In this document: positions 1 through 12,522 of the stretch, in pieces
Layout: each line of letters opens with the position of its first letter
How positions within the stretch are numbered: position 1 is the first letter of the stretch
Assembly: GCF_006345805.1 (NCBI RefSeq)
Contig: NC_043009.1
Span: forward strand, 19,964,001-20,028,000
Length of the DNA: 64,000 nucleotides
Reading direction: 5' to 3'
DNA from: Octopus sinensis
Taxonomy: Eukaryota
Position numbers and translations under genes: made by a program
Notes under the pieces: model-generated
What the model was told of the DNA's origin: nothing
The model's database searches: none
The model's input: the letters and a program-made list of their open reading frames with translations, nothing else

Positions 1-1
1 A

Positions 2-1625
2 GAAAAAACAATTACAAAAATCATTACAAACATTGACACGGAGAAAAAAGAAAAAACTTCCAACAATTTTGCTTCTGCTGCAAAGCAAATTTCGGAGGAA
101 GTTAAAATAACTCTAGAAGATGTGAAAAGAGCGAAGGAGTTGTTGAGGAAGGATGGCAATGGCATCTTCCTCAATACTCCACAAGAGGTGATTGAAAGCA
201 CCAACAAGAAAACAATAATATACAAAGTTTCCGACAGAAAACTAAAAAGAATGATAAATGCCACACCCCAACAGTTGGAGATAGCTCTAAAGCCCATTTG
301 GGCCCAAAAGAGCTACGTAACCAAGGGGAAGCGTTTTGGAACCGTGGAGGTTCGCTTCCCAACAGAGGAGCTTGCAAGGGCGAACGCCATTTCGCCCTTG
401 CAAACTGAGAATTTGTTACTAGTTCCGACCCACCTCGGGCGAAGAGTAACAAAAATAAAAATCGACCTCGCCCCCCCTGAGCTAGATATGTCATGGCTGG
501 TGGCAGCTGTCCTCTATGATATAGAGGACACTACCACCATTCTAGATGTCAGGAGAGTGAGGGCGAAAAACTGGTTGGGGATGGGAGTGCTGCTTCTTGC
601 GCAAATTCAGCAAGAGAATATAAGTAAAGTCCCTGATTTCGTAAGTTTGCCGGACGGCACCAGGCTAAACGTTGCTGTGGAGGGGCGAAAGCCAAAATGT
701 TTCCTCTGCAGCAGCGAAAGCCACTTAAAGAGGGACTGTCCCATTCACAAAAAGAGGATGGAGGCTTTCAGCAAGAGGCAGCAGCAACAACAACAACAAC
801 AACAACAACACAAGCAACAACAACAGAAACAACAAAAACAGCAAGAAACACCAAAGGCTGCCACACCACCAACACCATCACCAACACCAGCACCAAGATG
901 AACAACACCACCTCCAACAACAACAACCACCACCAAACCAACACCGACAACCACCACCAAACCAACACCGACACCAGTACCTCGAAGGTCGACAGCAGCG
1001 ACATCAACAGTAACAGGAGCAGCGGCACCACCGATACCGCGGAACCAAAAACTTTTCGTCCTGCTACTGAAGCAGACCCCTCAACCATTCCTTTGCCGGA
1101 TGAAGAGATCTCGGATTGTGCGAGCTCTGATTCCAACAAAGGAGAATGGAACATAGTGCCTCCAAAAAAGAAAAGGAGGAAAAAACAAAGATTTACAGGG
1201 GAAGCACGAACAAATAGTACTTCCAACATCAACAACAACATCAACAACAACACACATTCACAACAACAACAACAACAACACTTTCGACACCACTACTGCC
1301 ACTGCCACAGACACAAACAAACACAGACACAATTACAGACACGATTACAGCAGTGAATACAAGAAACCAGGAACTGGTTGAGTATTTGAAAAACAAAACA
1401 AGCACAAACATTACAGATTTCATAATACCTACACACAACACACCACCAGCACACATTCTCACAATAAAAATAAACAATACAGCATACAATGAAATTAAAC
1501 ATATATTCCCTAACGATGTGGGATCGTTAGGGAAAAGTTTCTCTAAGAAACATTATAAAAATATTATTGAAGCACCCGTGCAAAAGCACAAGGGAGCCAC
1601 CCCCACCACCAACAACAGTAAGTAG
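2..1625 (+). pseudogene. ORF1 (gag-like) of the Tx1/L1 element, disrupted
   Basis: Frame of ORF 122..901 is open back to position 2. Contains KPKCFLCSSESHLKRDCP (Cx2Cx4Hx4C), poly-Q and a P/T-rich tract. TGA at 899-901 is followed by in-frame P/T-rich sequence, then apparent frameshifts into the 697..1356 frame (EWNIVPPKKKRRKK) and the 1353..1625 frame. Confidence 0.75.
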
Positions 1626-1665
1626 AGCCTTTTTTCTCCTTTTTTTTTCCCCTAACTTTTGAAAC

Positions 1666-4600
1666 ATGGCAAATCTTAGAATCGGTTGCTTGAATGTGAG
1701 AGGCCTCGGGTCACCTTGGAAACAGGGTCACCTGTTAAACGACCTGAGGTTTCATGATGTGGATGTAGCAGCCATCAGTGAAACCAGGCTCTCCGACCCA
1801 CAGGAACTCGCAGCCCTTTTCGGCGGATACGAGATATTTCTATCTCCGTGTCGGCCGGAGCGCGGGCGGTGGTGGTACTGCGGTGTTGTTTCGGAAGGGC
1901 CTGGACCTGAAAATAAGGACAGTCTTCTTGGATCCGGAAGGTAAGTTGGTGGTCCTCGACGTGGACGGTAGTGACGGCGGTGCTTTCAGACTGCTGGCTG
2001 CCTACGCTCCGACAGGAGCAGGGCAGTCGGATTATTTCAAACGTCTGGAAGTTTTCCTGGGAACGTCACGCACTCTAGTGCTAGTTGGAACGCTGTCTTA
2101 GACGAACGTTTCGATCGGGTGGGCAGGGGAGCGTCTGATAGGAGAGGGGGAGGGTGCAAGAGCCTCGCCAACCTACACGGCCGCTTTCAGCTGGCCGACA
2201 GGTTTCGACTAGACAACCCGAATGTGCCAATGTGGACTGGACAAACCGCATCGGGTCGTCTAGATCGTACTTAGATAGAGTGTTTTGTAGGCCAGCGGAT
2301 AAGGACAGCGTAGGGTGTCCACAATTCCACCTAGTCGAATATACAGACCACAAATTAGTGATCTGTACGGTCGACTTAGATAGGCTACATAGACAGGGAC
2401 CCGGCTACTGGAAGCTGAACGCGTCGTTAACGGCGTGCAAAGCTTACAGAGACCGGATTAGTTTACTAGTTAAGCGGGCGCTCACGGGGGCAATCATCAA
2501 CAACAACTGGTGGTTTGCCCTCAAGAGAGCAATTAGAGTAGAGTCGATTAGGTATAGTAAGACTCTAGCTATTGAACGTAGGAAGAGAGAGCAGGATTTA
2601 GTTAAACTAGACGAGGCTCTTGACACTGGCATCGCAACCGACGTGTTGGCGGCAAGGTTGGCCCTCGACCAACACTTCGACGCCAAACACGAAGGTTGCA
2701 TTGTCAGAGCTAAGGCACGTTCGCTAAGCGGGGAGGGGACTAGAGCCGCTCGATGGGCCCGCGTGGCGGAGGCAAAGCGAGGCAACAGAGCAACCTTTCG
2801 GTCTTTGGTGGACCAGAACGGGCGCGAGGTTACCGAACCGAAGCAAATGTGTACGGTGCTTCAGCGGCACTTTGCTCAACTGTTTGGGACGAGCGGTGAA
2901 ACGGACAACGGTGCAGACTTCGGTGTGTACCTGGACGGCCTACCGCAACTCTCGGACAGCGAGGCAGAGTGCTGCGAAGGACCGATATCTGCCTGGGAAG
3001 TACAGGAAGCGATGAAGAGTTGCACGAGAGGTAGATCGCCAGGTTTGGATGGTCTGCCCTACGAGCTTTACTTTTCAATGCCAGACTTGTTTGCGGACCT
3101 GTTGGCAAACGTCTACTGCAACTGGCAGCAAAACGGGAGAATTCCTGCTTTTGTCTGTCGAGGGGTGGTGGCTTTGCTAAAGAAGGACCCAAACAAGGGG
3201 GACGTTATAGGGAATTTCCGGCCCATCACTCTGCTCAATGCAGAGTTGAAGATTTTGGCCAAGGTGCTAGCTAAGAGATTGGCGCTTGTCGTGGACAAGC
3301 TGGTCGGCAAGACGCAGACATGCGCCGTGCCGACCAGGTCGATACACGACAACCTCCATCTCATGCGCTACATCATAGAGAGGCTGGGTAACGACGCTGG
3401 CGAGGGTGGGGCTTTGATCAACTTGGATCAGAGTAAAGCCTTCGATAGGGTCGACCATCGGTACCTGGCAGCTGTCCTCAGGGCAGCCGGCTTCGGTCCA
3501 GTCTTCCGCGGGTGGATCGCTGCTTTATACAGCAACATCTGCTCTGTGATACGGGTGAACGGTCACCTTTCGGAACCGTTTGACATCTCGCGTTCGGTCC
3601 GCCAAGGATGCCCTCTCTCCTCCCTCTTGTACATTTTGACTCTCGAGCCATTACTGCGCAAGTTGGAGGCTTTGAGGGGTATCCCGCGCGATCTAGGAGG
3701 CGGAAACAGCGTGTCTGCTTATGCCGACGACGTCACCGTGGTGGTGTCGAGCCACAGGCACATTGGCCTGATTGGCGAGACGCTAAACCAGTACGAAGCG
3801 GTGACAGGGGCAAAGATTAACGCGGAAAAGTCTGTGGGCTTGCAACTGGGCACCTGGAGAGGCAAGCCCATGCCGTCCAACAGCGTCGTAGGGCGCTGGA
3901 CAGACGGACCCGTTAAACTGCTCGGGGTCTGGTTCGGTCCGGACCTCCAGGTGGATAAGAACTGGGAAGAGGTGACAAGCAGGGTGGCACGTCTCACCCA
4001 GAAATGGGCCGAGAGGAAGCTGTCCCTGAAAGGTCGAGCGGAGGTGGCGAATGCGTACATCACATCCGTCATCTATTACCACTTGACCGTCGTCCCTTGT
4101 CCCGACCGCTGGTTGGCCAAGCTGGTACGCCTGCTCTTCGACTTTTTGTGGAAGGGTCAGGTGCCACTGGTCAGGCGATCCATCTGCTGTCAACAACCGC
4201 TGAACGGAGGCCTTGGAATGCCGTGGTTGCTGTTGCGCAGACATGCGCTCAGGCTGCGGCATCTCAAGCGCTTCCTAGACGGTGAACAGGTGTGGTCGTC
4301 TTTTGTCAGACGCGATTTTCCGCAGCTCGTCTCTTTGACGGAGCTGCAGACCTGGATCAAACGTAGACCGAGAAAGGGCGCTTGGCACCTCGAGTGCCGT
4401 CAAGCCCTCTCCGCCCTCCGCCAGGCGGGCAATGCGGTCGGTTACAGCTCCACTCTAGCGTTCTATAGAGGGTTAGTGGAGGAAAAATGCGACGACGTTC
4501 TCGGGGAAACTCTAGGCGTTGAAGACGACGAACTGAGCAGTCTGTTCGGGAGGACTTTCGGGCCGGGGCCGATGGATAATTTCCAGAGGTCGCTCGCCTG

Positions 4601-4829
4601 GCAGTGCTACCGAGGGGCTCTGCCTGTTCGAGATAAACTCTACCGGCACGGAAGTGCCGTCAGCCGGGCCTGCCTGAGGTGTTGCCAGCACGACGAAACC
4701 GTTCTGCACGCACTCGTCCAGTGCCCGAGTATTGCTGAAATATAGGTTTATGTCGAACAGCTACTGTCACGTGTAGGACGGATCCGACTATCGGGCGAAT
4801 CCATAGTGAAGATTGCCCCGCCGTTTTCT
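1666..4829 (+). pseudogene. ORF2 (APE endonuclease + reverse transcriptase) of the Tx1/L1 element
   Basis: MANLRIGCLNVRGL start, ISETR and AYAPT, YLDRVF..DH; RT motifs SPGLDGL, FRPITLLN, DQSKAFDRVDH, VRQGCPLS, YADD; C-terminal CLRC..DETVLHALVQC. About three frameshifts in the EN domain (~1850, ~2090, ~2235). TAG at 4743-4745 is followed by in-frame VYVEQLLSRVGRIRLS up to the TA array. Confidence 0.92.
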
Positions 4830-5278
4830 TATATATATATATATAATATATATATATATGTATTATATATATAATATATGTATATATGTATTATATATGT
4901 ATTATATATATATAATATATATATAATATTTTATATATATATATAATATATATATATATGTATTATATATATATAATATATATATATATGTATTATATAT
5001 ATATAATATATATATTATATAATATATATATATGTATTATATATATAATATATATATTATATATAATATATATATATATATATATAATATATAATATATG
5101 TATATATATATATAATAAGTATATATAATATATATATATGTATTATATATATATATATATGTATATATATATAATATATATATGTATTATATATATTATA
5201 ATATATATATATATGTATATATATATATTATATATATATATAATATATATATATATAATATATATATATATATAATAT

Positions 5279-5316
<38 letters not shown>

Positions 5317-5351
5317 TATTAAATATATATATAATATAATATATATAATAT

Positions 5352-5394
<43 letters not shown>

Positions 5395-5563
5395 AATATA
5401 TATATATATGTATTATATATATATATATATATATATTAATATATATATATATGTATATATATATATAAGATATATATATAATATATATATATATTGTATT
5501 ATATATATAATATATATATATATATAATATATATATATTATATATTATAATATATATAATATA
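4830..5563. repeat. Imperfect (TA)n array
   Basis: Direct reading. Confidence 0.98.
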
Positions 5564-5993
5564 CACGGGTGTGTATGTTCTACCTGAGAGGTTCATGCTG
5601 GCATGGAAGGAAGGTGCAGGCTGCCGCTTTGCACATCGGGGACCCTGCCACAGAGACACGAGGCAGATGGACAAACCATCAACACAAAGAAAAGGGATGG
5701 ACCACGCACCACCTGCCCCAAAGCGGAGGTACGCAGATGTTGTGCGCGCCACAAACGGCCAACATGATGTTGTCGAAAGAGCAGCTGCTGAGCAACAATC
5801 TTTTTTGTGCATGGCACAAAAGATTGTACAGCAGCTGACCTGGCTTCATCAAACCCAAGCCCGCAGGTGGGACTACCCACTATATACCAGACCACCACAC
5901 AGCAAACAGACACAGGATGGACACCGCCGGCAACAACGTACACCTCACCTCGATACTCCTACTGAACATCAGAGGACTGCAAACACTCAGTAA
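5564..5993 (+). pseudogene. ORF1 C-terminal remnant with disrupted CCCH zinc finger
   Basis: CMFYLRGSC (5569 frame) and GAGCRFAH (5571 frame) join to C-x7-C-x5-C-x3-H if an 8-nt (GGAA)2 insertion is removed. RRYADVV motif downstream. Confidence 0.6.
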
Positions 5994-8911
5994 CAGGACA
6001 AAGATCCCGTTCCTGAGAGACTTTGTTGCATGCAATCAAGCCTTATGCATAGCACTTACAGAAACGCACCTGAAACCGGACATAGCAGATGCGGATTTAC
6101 ACATACCACAGTATGCTGTACTACGGACCGACAGGAAAGAAAGGAGTCATGGAGGTGTTGCTATGTACATCCGTGAGGACCTCACACCCCAGGTCCTCTT
6201 GTCATACTCAAACTCGGTGTGTGACACACTAATTGTACATATTAGGCAACTTGATGTAGTTGTGTGTGCTACATATCGCCCTCCAGATGCCCCAAGCCAT
6301 GTGGGCAAGTTTGAAGACTGCCTTATAAAAATAGAAGAAATTCTAACCACATTAGAACAACACATAGGTGTGCTTCTTATGGGAGACTTCAATCTGCCCA
6401 ATGTCAGATGGCCCGAGGGCCTTTCTCTCCCAGGAATGACAAGATGTGAACGAGGACAGGCGAGGTCCCTCCTGAACCTCATCAACACCCTGTTCATGGA
6501 GCAGGTAATACTCCAACCAACCAGGGAAGGTAACACACTGGATCTCTGCTTCACAAATGACATGGATCTCATCCATAATGTGAAAGTGACACCGACACTA
6601 CTCTCGGATCACAACATGATAGAGCTGACCATGTACGGGCCAAAAGAGAGCACGGACATGCAGCCTACAAGAAACCCTCAAAATCTTTCCAGCTTGAACT
6701 ACCATAAGGCAAACTGGAAACAAATTGAGAAAGAGATCCTCAAACAAAACTGGCCTAAATGTCTCTCCTCGCCAGACATCGACGTGAAACTTCAACAATT
6801 CATGTCTGTAATGCAAGCCATATGCTACAAATGTGTCCCAGAGAGAAAGGCCACTGTACACAAGAACAAAATCTCCAGAGAGAGGAAAATTTTAATGAGA
6901 CGGCGTACGAAATTTTCAAATCGCCTAACAAACAGATTGAAAGCAGTGAAAAGTCCCGCCTAAAAATAAAACTGTTGGAAATCGAAAAATGTCTGCAACT
7001 CTCCCATGAAAAAGAAAGAGCAGACAAAGAAGCCTGGGCTATAGAAAACATAAAATCTAACCCCAGAGCTTTCTACAGGTATGCCAAAGAAACAGCTACA
7101 GTGCACTGTAGAATAGGGCCACTCCTCGAAAAGGATGGCACACTTACAGGAAAACCAATGAGGGTAAGTGAAATACTGAATGAGCAATTCAAGAGTGTTT
7201 TCACTCCACCCCTTGGGCATCTCCAAATCACCAATCCAACTGACTTTTTTACCACTGCAGATATAAAATCAGAGGCGGCGACGATAGATTACATCGATAT
7301 AAAGGAAGACGATGTAACCAAGGCTATAGATGAAATGAAAACAGACTCAGCTACTGGCCCCGATGGATTCCCGGCAATCCTCCTAAAAGCATGTAAGAGA
7401 GTCCTAGCAAGACCACTGCAGTTCCTCTTTCAGAGCTTCCTTGCAGCTGGCAAACTTCCAGGAAAACTGAAGGAAGGTAAAATATGCCCCATTCATAAAG
7501 GAGGTAGCAGAGCGGAAGCCAAGAACTACAGACCTATCTCTCTGACCTCACATATCAGCAAGGTCATGGAACGAATAGTCAGAAGGAAGCTGATCACCTT
7601 CCTTGAAGAGAATGACTTGCTGCCCGACACCCAACATGGTTTCCGACCAGGGAGAAGCTGTTTAACTCAGCTCCTACAACACTATGACTGGGTGCTGAAA
7701 CGGCTGCTCAACCACTCAAATGTGGAAGTCATATATCTCGACTTTGCAAAGGCCTTTGATAAAGTCGATCATGGAATGATATGTCACAAACTGCGTGATC
7801 TCAACATAGTTGGAAAACTGGGAGAATGGCTTCATGACTTTCTGAAGGATAGAAGTCAGGTGGTAGTAGCCAATGGGGCCACCTCCATTAACACACAAAT
7901 AGTGAGCGGTGTTCCGCAGGGCACTGTTCTGGGACCACTACTGTTCATAATGGCCCTCTCAGACATGCCCTCAGCCACGCAGAGAGCCACGATCACAAGT
8001 TATGCAGATGATACAAAAGTTTCACAGGCAATACAGAACCCTGAGGACACTAAACACCTGCAATGTGAGCTGGACGAAATATACAAGTGGGCTGAAAAGA
8101 ATAGCATGCAGTTCAATGCTGGAAAGTTTCAAGCTTTATACTATCAGCATGCAAAACTGAATGCAATACCCAATGAATACACTGGACCCGGAGGGATTGC
8201 AATCCCAGAGGCACAATCAGTGCGTGACCTGGGTATTCACATGAGTGATGACGCGACCTTTCATGTACATGTTGCTAAACTGACAATGAAATGTAGACGG
8301 CTGGCTGGATGGATTCTTAGAACCTTTAGAACAAGAGAACAAGAAACCATGATGGTCCTCTGGAAGACACTTGTCCTAAGCCACTTTGACTATTGCTCTC
8401 AGCTATGGTCACCATCCAGTGTCAAGTTGATCACAGAACTTGAGGCGATCCAACGAAGCTACACAAAGAAGATAGCCTCTATGCAGAATGTAAGCTACTG
8501 GGAAAGACTCAAGAGATTAAAATTATATTCCCTGGAGCATAGGCGGGAAAGATATGCCATAATATACATCTGGAAGATCCTGGAGGGAAGTGTCCTGAAC
8601 TTTGGCATCGAGAGTTACGCAAATGCCAGAACTGGGCGCCACTGCATGGTGCCTAGGACTCCAAACCTGCCATCAAGATGTAGGACAAGATACTGTGATA
8701 GCCTGGCTTCCGAGGCCCACAGCTCTTCAATATCCTCCCGAAGAACCTGAGAGACCTGCATGGGGTGGATACAGATGTCTTTAAAATGAAGCTGGATCTC
8801 TTCCTGTCAGGTGTCCCAGATGAACCAACTTCACGGCAGGAGGGGCAGATGAGGGCAGCTGCATCGAACTCTCTCATGCACCAAATAGCAGCTGCTAGAA
8901 AGCCTCCATGA
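5917..8911 (+). pseudogene. ORF2 (EN + RT) of the CR1-group LINE, two frameshifts
   Basis: LLLNIRGL, LTETHL, GGVAMYI, YRPP, MGDFNLP, PTREGNTLDL, SDH; RT ATGPDG, NYRPISLTS, QHGFRPGRSC, YLDFAKAFDKV, SGVPQGTVLGP, YADD. Frameshifts near 6930-6960 and ~8705; the corrected frame ends at TGA 8909-8911. Confidence 0.92.
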
Positions 8912-9000
8912 AGTGAAACCAAGTAGCAACACCAAATGGCGGTGCCCCAGCATGGCCACAGCTCATAAGCTGAAACTAGAATCAATCAATCAATCAATCA

Positions 9001-9008
9001 TAATATAT

Positions 9009-9059
<51 letters not shown>

Positions 9060-9196
9060 TATAATATATATATATAATATATATATAATATATATATAAT
9101 ATAATATAATATAATATATATATATATTATATAATATATATATAATAATATATATATATAATTATATAATATATATATAATATATATATATATAAT

Positions 9197-9227
<31 letters not shown>

Positions 9228-9664
9228 ATATATAGATAATATATATATTATATATATATATATATATAATATATATATAGATAATATATAAATATATATT
9301 ATATAATATATATATAATATATAATATATATATATAATATATATATAGATATATAATAATATATATATATATATATATATAATATATATATATATAATAT
9401 ATATTATATATATATATAATATATATATATATATAAATATATATAATATATATATTATATATATATATATAATATTATAATATATAGATATATAGATATA
9501 ATATATATATATATAATATAATATATAGATATATAGATATAATATATATATATATATATAATATATATATATATAGGTATAATATATATATATATAGATA
9601 TAATAATATTATATAATATATATATATAGATATAATATATATACATATAGATATAATAATATAT

Positions 9665-9701
<37 letters not shown>

Positions 9702-10044
9702 TATAATATATAATATATAATATATATATAGATATAATATATATATATAGATATAATATATATATAGATATAATATATTATATATAGATATAATATATAT
9801 ATAGATATAATATATATATATATAGATATTAATATATATATATATATAATTATATATATATAATATAATATATATATATATATATATATTATATCTATAT
9901 ATATTAATATATATTATATTATATATATATTATATATATTATATCTATATATATATTATATATATTATATCTATATATATATATATATATTATATCTATA
10001 TATTATTATATATATTATATCTATATATATATATATATATTATA

Positions 10045-10090
<46 letters not shown>

Positions 10091-10206
10091 CTATATATTA
10101 TATATATTATATATATATATAAAATATCTATATATTATATATAATATATATATATAGATATATAATATATATATATATAAATATATATATGTATATATAT
10201 ATATAG

Positions 10207-10239
<33 letters not shown>

Positions 10240-10259
10240 AATATATATATAATTATATT

Positions 10260-10334
<75 letters not shown>

Positions 10335-10726
10335 TATAATATATAATATATATAATATATACATATATAATATATATAGATATAATATATATAATATATA
10401 CATATATAATATATATATATAGATATAATATATACATATATAATATATATATAAGATATAATAATATAATATATAATATTATATATAATATATAATATAT
10501 ATATGTAATATATAATATAGATATAATATATAATATATATAATATATACATATATAATATATATAGATATAATATATATAATATATACATATATAATATA
10601 TATATATAGATATAATATATACATATATAATATATATATATAGATATAATATATAATATATATATATAGATATATATATAATATATATATGTATATATAT
10701 TATATATATAATATAGATATAATATA

Positions 10727-10776
<50 letters not shown>

Positions 10777-10817
10777 TATATATATATATAAACATAAATA
10801 TATATAATAATATATAT

Positions 10818-10855
<38 letters not shown>

Positions 10856-10979
10856 TATAATATATAATAATATAATATATATATATATAATATATATATA
10901 ATATATATATAATATATAATAATATATATATATAATATATATATAATATATATATATATATAATATATATATATATAAT

Positions 10980-11010
<31 letters not shown>

Positions 11011-11039
11011 ATTATATATATATAATATATATAATATTA

Positions 11040-11071
<32 letters not shown>

Positions 11072-11131
11072 TTATATAATATATATATATATAATATATA
11101 TTATATATAATATATTATATATTATATATAT

Positions 11132-11165
<34 letters not shown>

Positions 11166-11269
11166 ATATATATAATATATAATATATATATATATATAAT
11201 ATATATATAATATATATATAATATATATATATATATAATATATATATAATATAATATTAATATATATAT

Positions 11270-11361
<92 letters not shown>

Positions 11362-11411
11362 TAATATATATAATAATATAATATAATTATATATATAATA
11401 TATAATATATA

Positions 11412-11442
<31 letters not shown>

Positions 11443-11542
11443 CTATATATAATATATTATAATATATAATATATATATAATATATATATAATATATATAT
11501 AATATATAATATATATAATAATATATATATATATATAATATA
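9001..11542. repeat. ~2.5 kb imperfect (TA)n array with internal sub-repeats
   Basis: Direct reading. Confidence 0.98.
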
Positions 11543-11730
11543 TGTGCAGGTGGCACGTAAAAAGCACACACTACACTCGCGGAGTGGTTGGCGTTAGGAA
11601 GGGCATCCAGCTGTAGAAACACTGCCAGATCAGACTGGAGCCTGGAGCAGCCCCTGGCTCCCCAGACCCCGGTCGAACCGTCCAACCTGTGCTAGCGCAG
11701 AAAACGGACGTTAAACGATGATAATGATGA
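11543..11730 (+). mobile_element. 5'-truncated RTE-LINE 3' UTR copy with (GAT)n tail
   Basis: GGCACGTAAAAAGCAC..GAGTGGTTGGCGTTAGGAAGGGCATCCAGC..GGACGTTAAACGATGATAATGATGA; same family as 34330-34785 and 43810-44830. Confidence 0.8.
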
Positions 11731-11743
11731 AATTGAGATAGGG

Positions 11744-11744
11744 G

Positions 11745-11829
<85 letters not shown>
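11744..11829. repeat. (TA)n(GA)n compound microsatellite
   Basis: Direct reading. Confidence 0.95.
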
Positions 11830-11831
<2 letters not shown>

Positions 11832-11859
11832 TCATAATATATTATATTAATATTATTAT

Positions 11860-12458
11860 GGTGGCGAGCTGGCAGAATCGTTAGCACGCTGGACGAAATG
11901 CTTAGCGGTATTTCATTCATCGCCACATTCTGAGTTCAATTCCGCCGAGATTGACTTTACCTTTCAGCCTTTCAAGGTCGATAAAATAAGTATCAATTGA
12001 AAACTGGAGTTGATGTAATTGACTCATCCCCACCTCTCACCAAGCTGCCCTTGGCGGCGAGCTGGCAGACTCGTTAGCACGCCGGTCAAAATGCTTAGCA
12101 GCATTTCGTCCGACTTTACGTTCTGAGTTCAAAATTATTCGAGATCGACTTAGCCTTTCACACTTTCGCGATCGATGAAATAAGTACCAGTTACGCACTG
12201 AGGTCAATGTAATCGACATATCCCCACCTCCAAAATTTCAGGCCTTGTGCCTATAGTAGAAAGAAGAATTATTATTATTATTATTATTATTACTGCTACT
12301 ACTACTACTACTACTACTGGCGGCGAGCTGGCAGAATCGTTAGCACGCCGGTCATAATGCTTAGCGGCATTTTGTCTGTCTTTATGTTCTGAGTTCAAAT
12401 TCCGGCGTGGTGGATTTTGCTCCTCGCGCAAAATTTCAAGCCCTGTGCCTTTAGTAGA
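11860..12458 (+). mobile_element. Three tandem copies of a tRNA-derived SINE (starts 11860, 12053, 12319)
   Basis: Each starts GG(C/T)GGCGAGCTGGCAGA(A/C)TCGTTAGCACG with a B-box-like GTTCTGAGTTCAA. Copies 1 and 2 carry the central GACTT..CCTTTCA..GTCGATAAAATAAGTACCAG domain; copy 3 is internally deleted. Confidence 0.85.
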
Positions 12459-12491
12459 ACGCCGCATCAGTAGCACGTTTCAGCATTGATG

Positions 12492-12522
<31 letters not shown>

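Larger units (their letters stand above)
1..4829 (+). mobile_element. Non-LTR retrotransposon, L1/Tx1-like; 5' end outside the window, 3' end cut off by a (TA)n array
   Basis: ORF1 with a CCHC knuckle, a short pyrimidine-rich spacer, then ORF2 with APE endonuclease, RT and a C-terminal cysteine motif. GC- and CpG-rich relative to flanks. Confidence 0.93.
5564..9000 (+). mobile_element. 5'-truncated non-LTR retrotransposon of the CR1 group (CR1/L2/Crack-like) with (AATC)n tail
   Basis: ORF1 3' remnant plus ORF2 with EN and RT. C-terminus LYSLEHRRER..FKMKLDLFLSGVPDEP..NSL is CR1-group-like. Short 3' UTR, then (AATC)n at 8980-9000. Confidence 0.9.

Noticed and set aside
171-8985. Antisense and alternate-frame ORFs overlapping the two LINEs
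   Set aside because: Shadows of GC-rich coding frames with no domain motifs.
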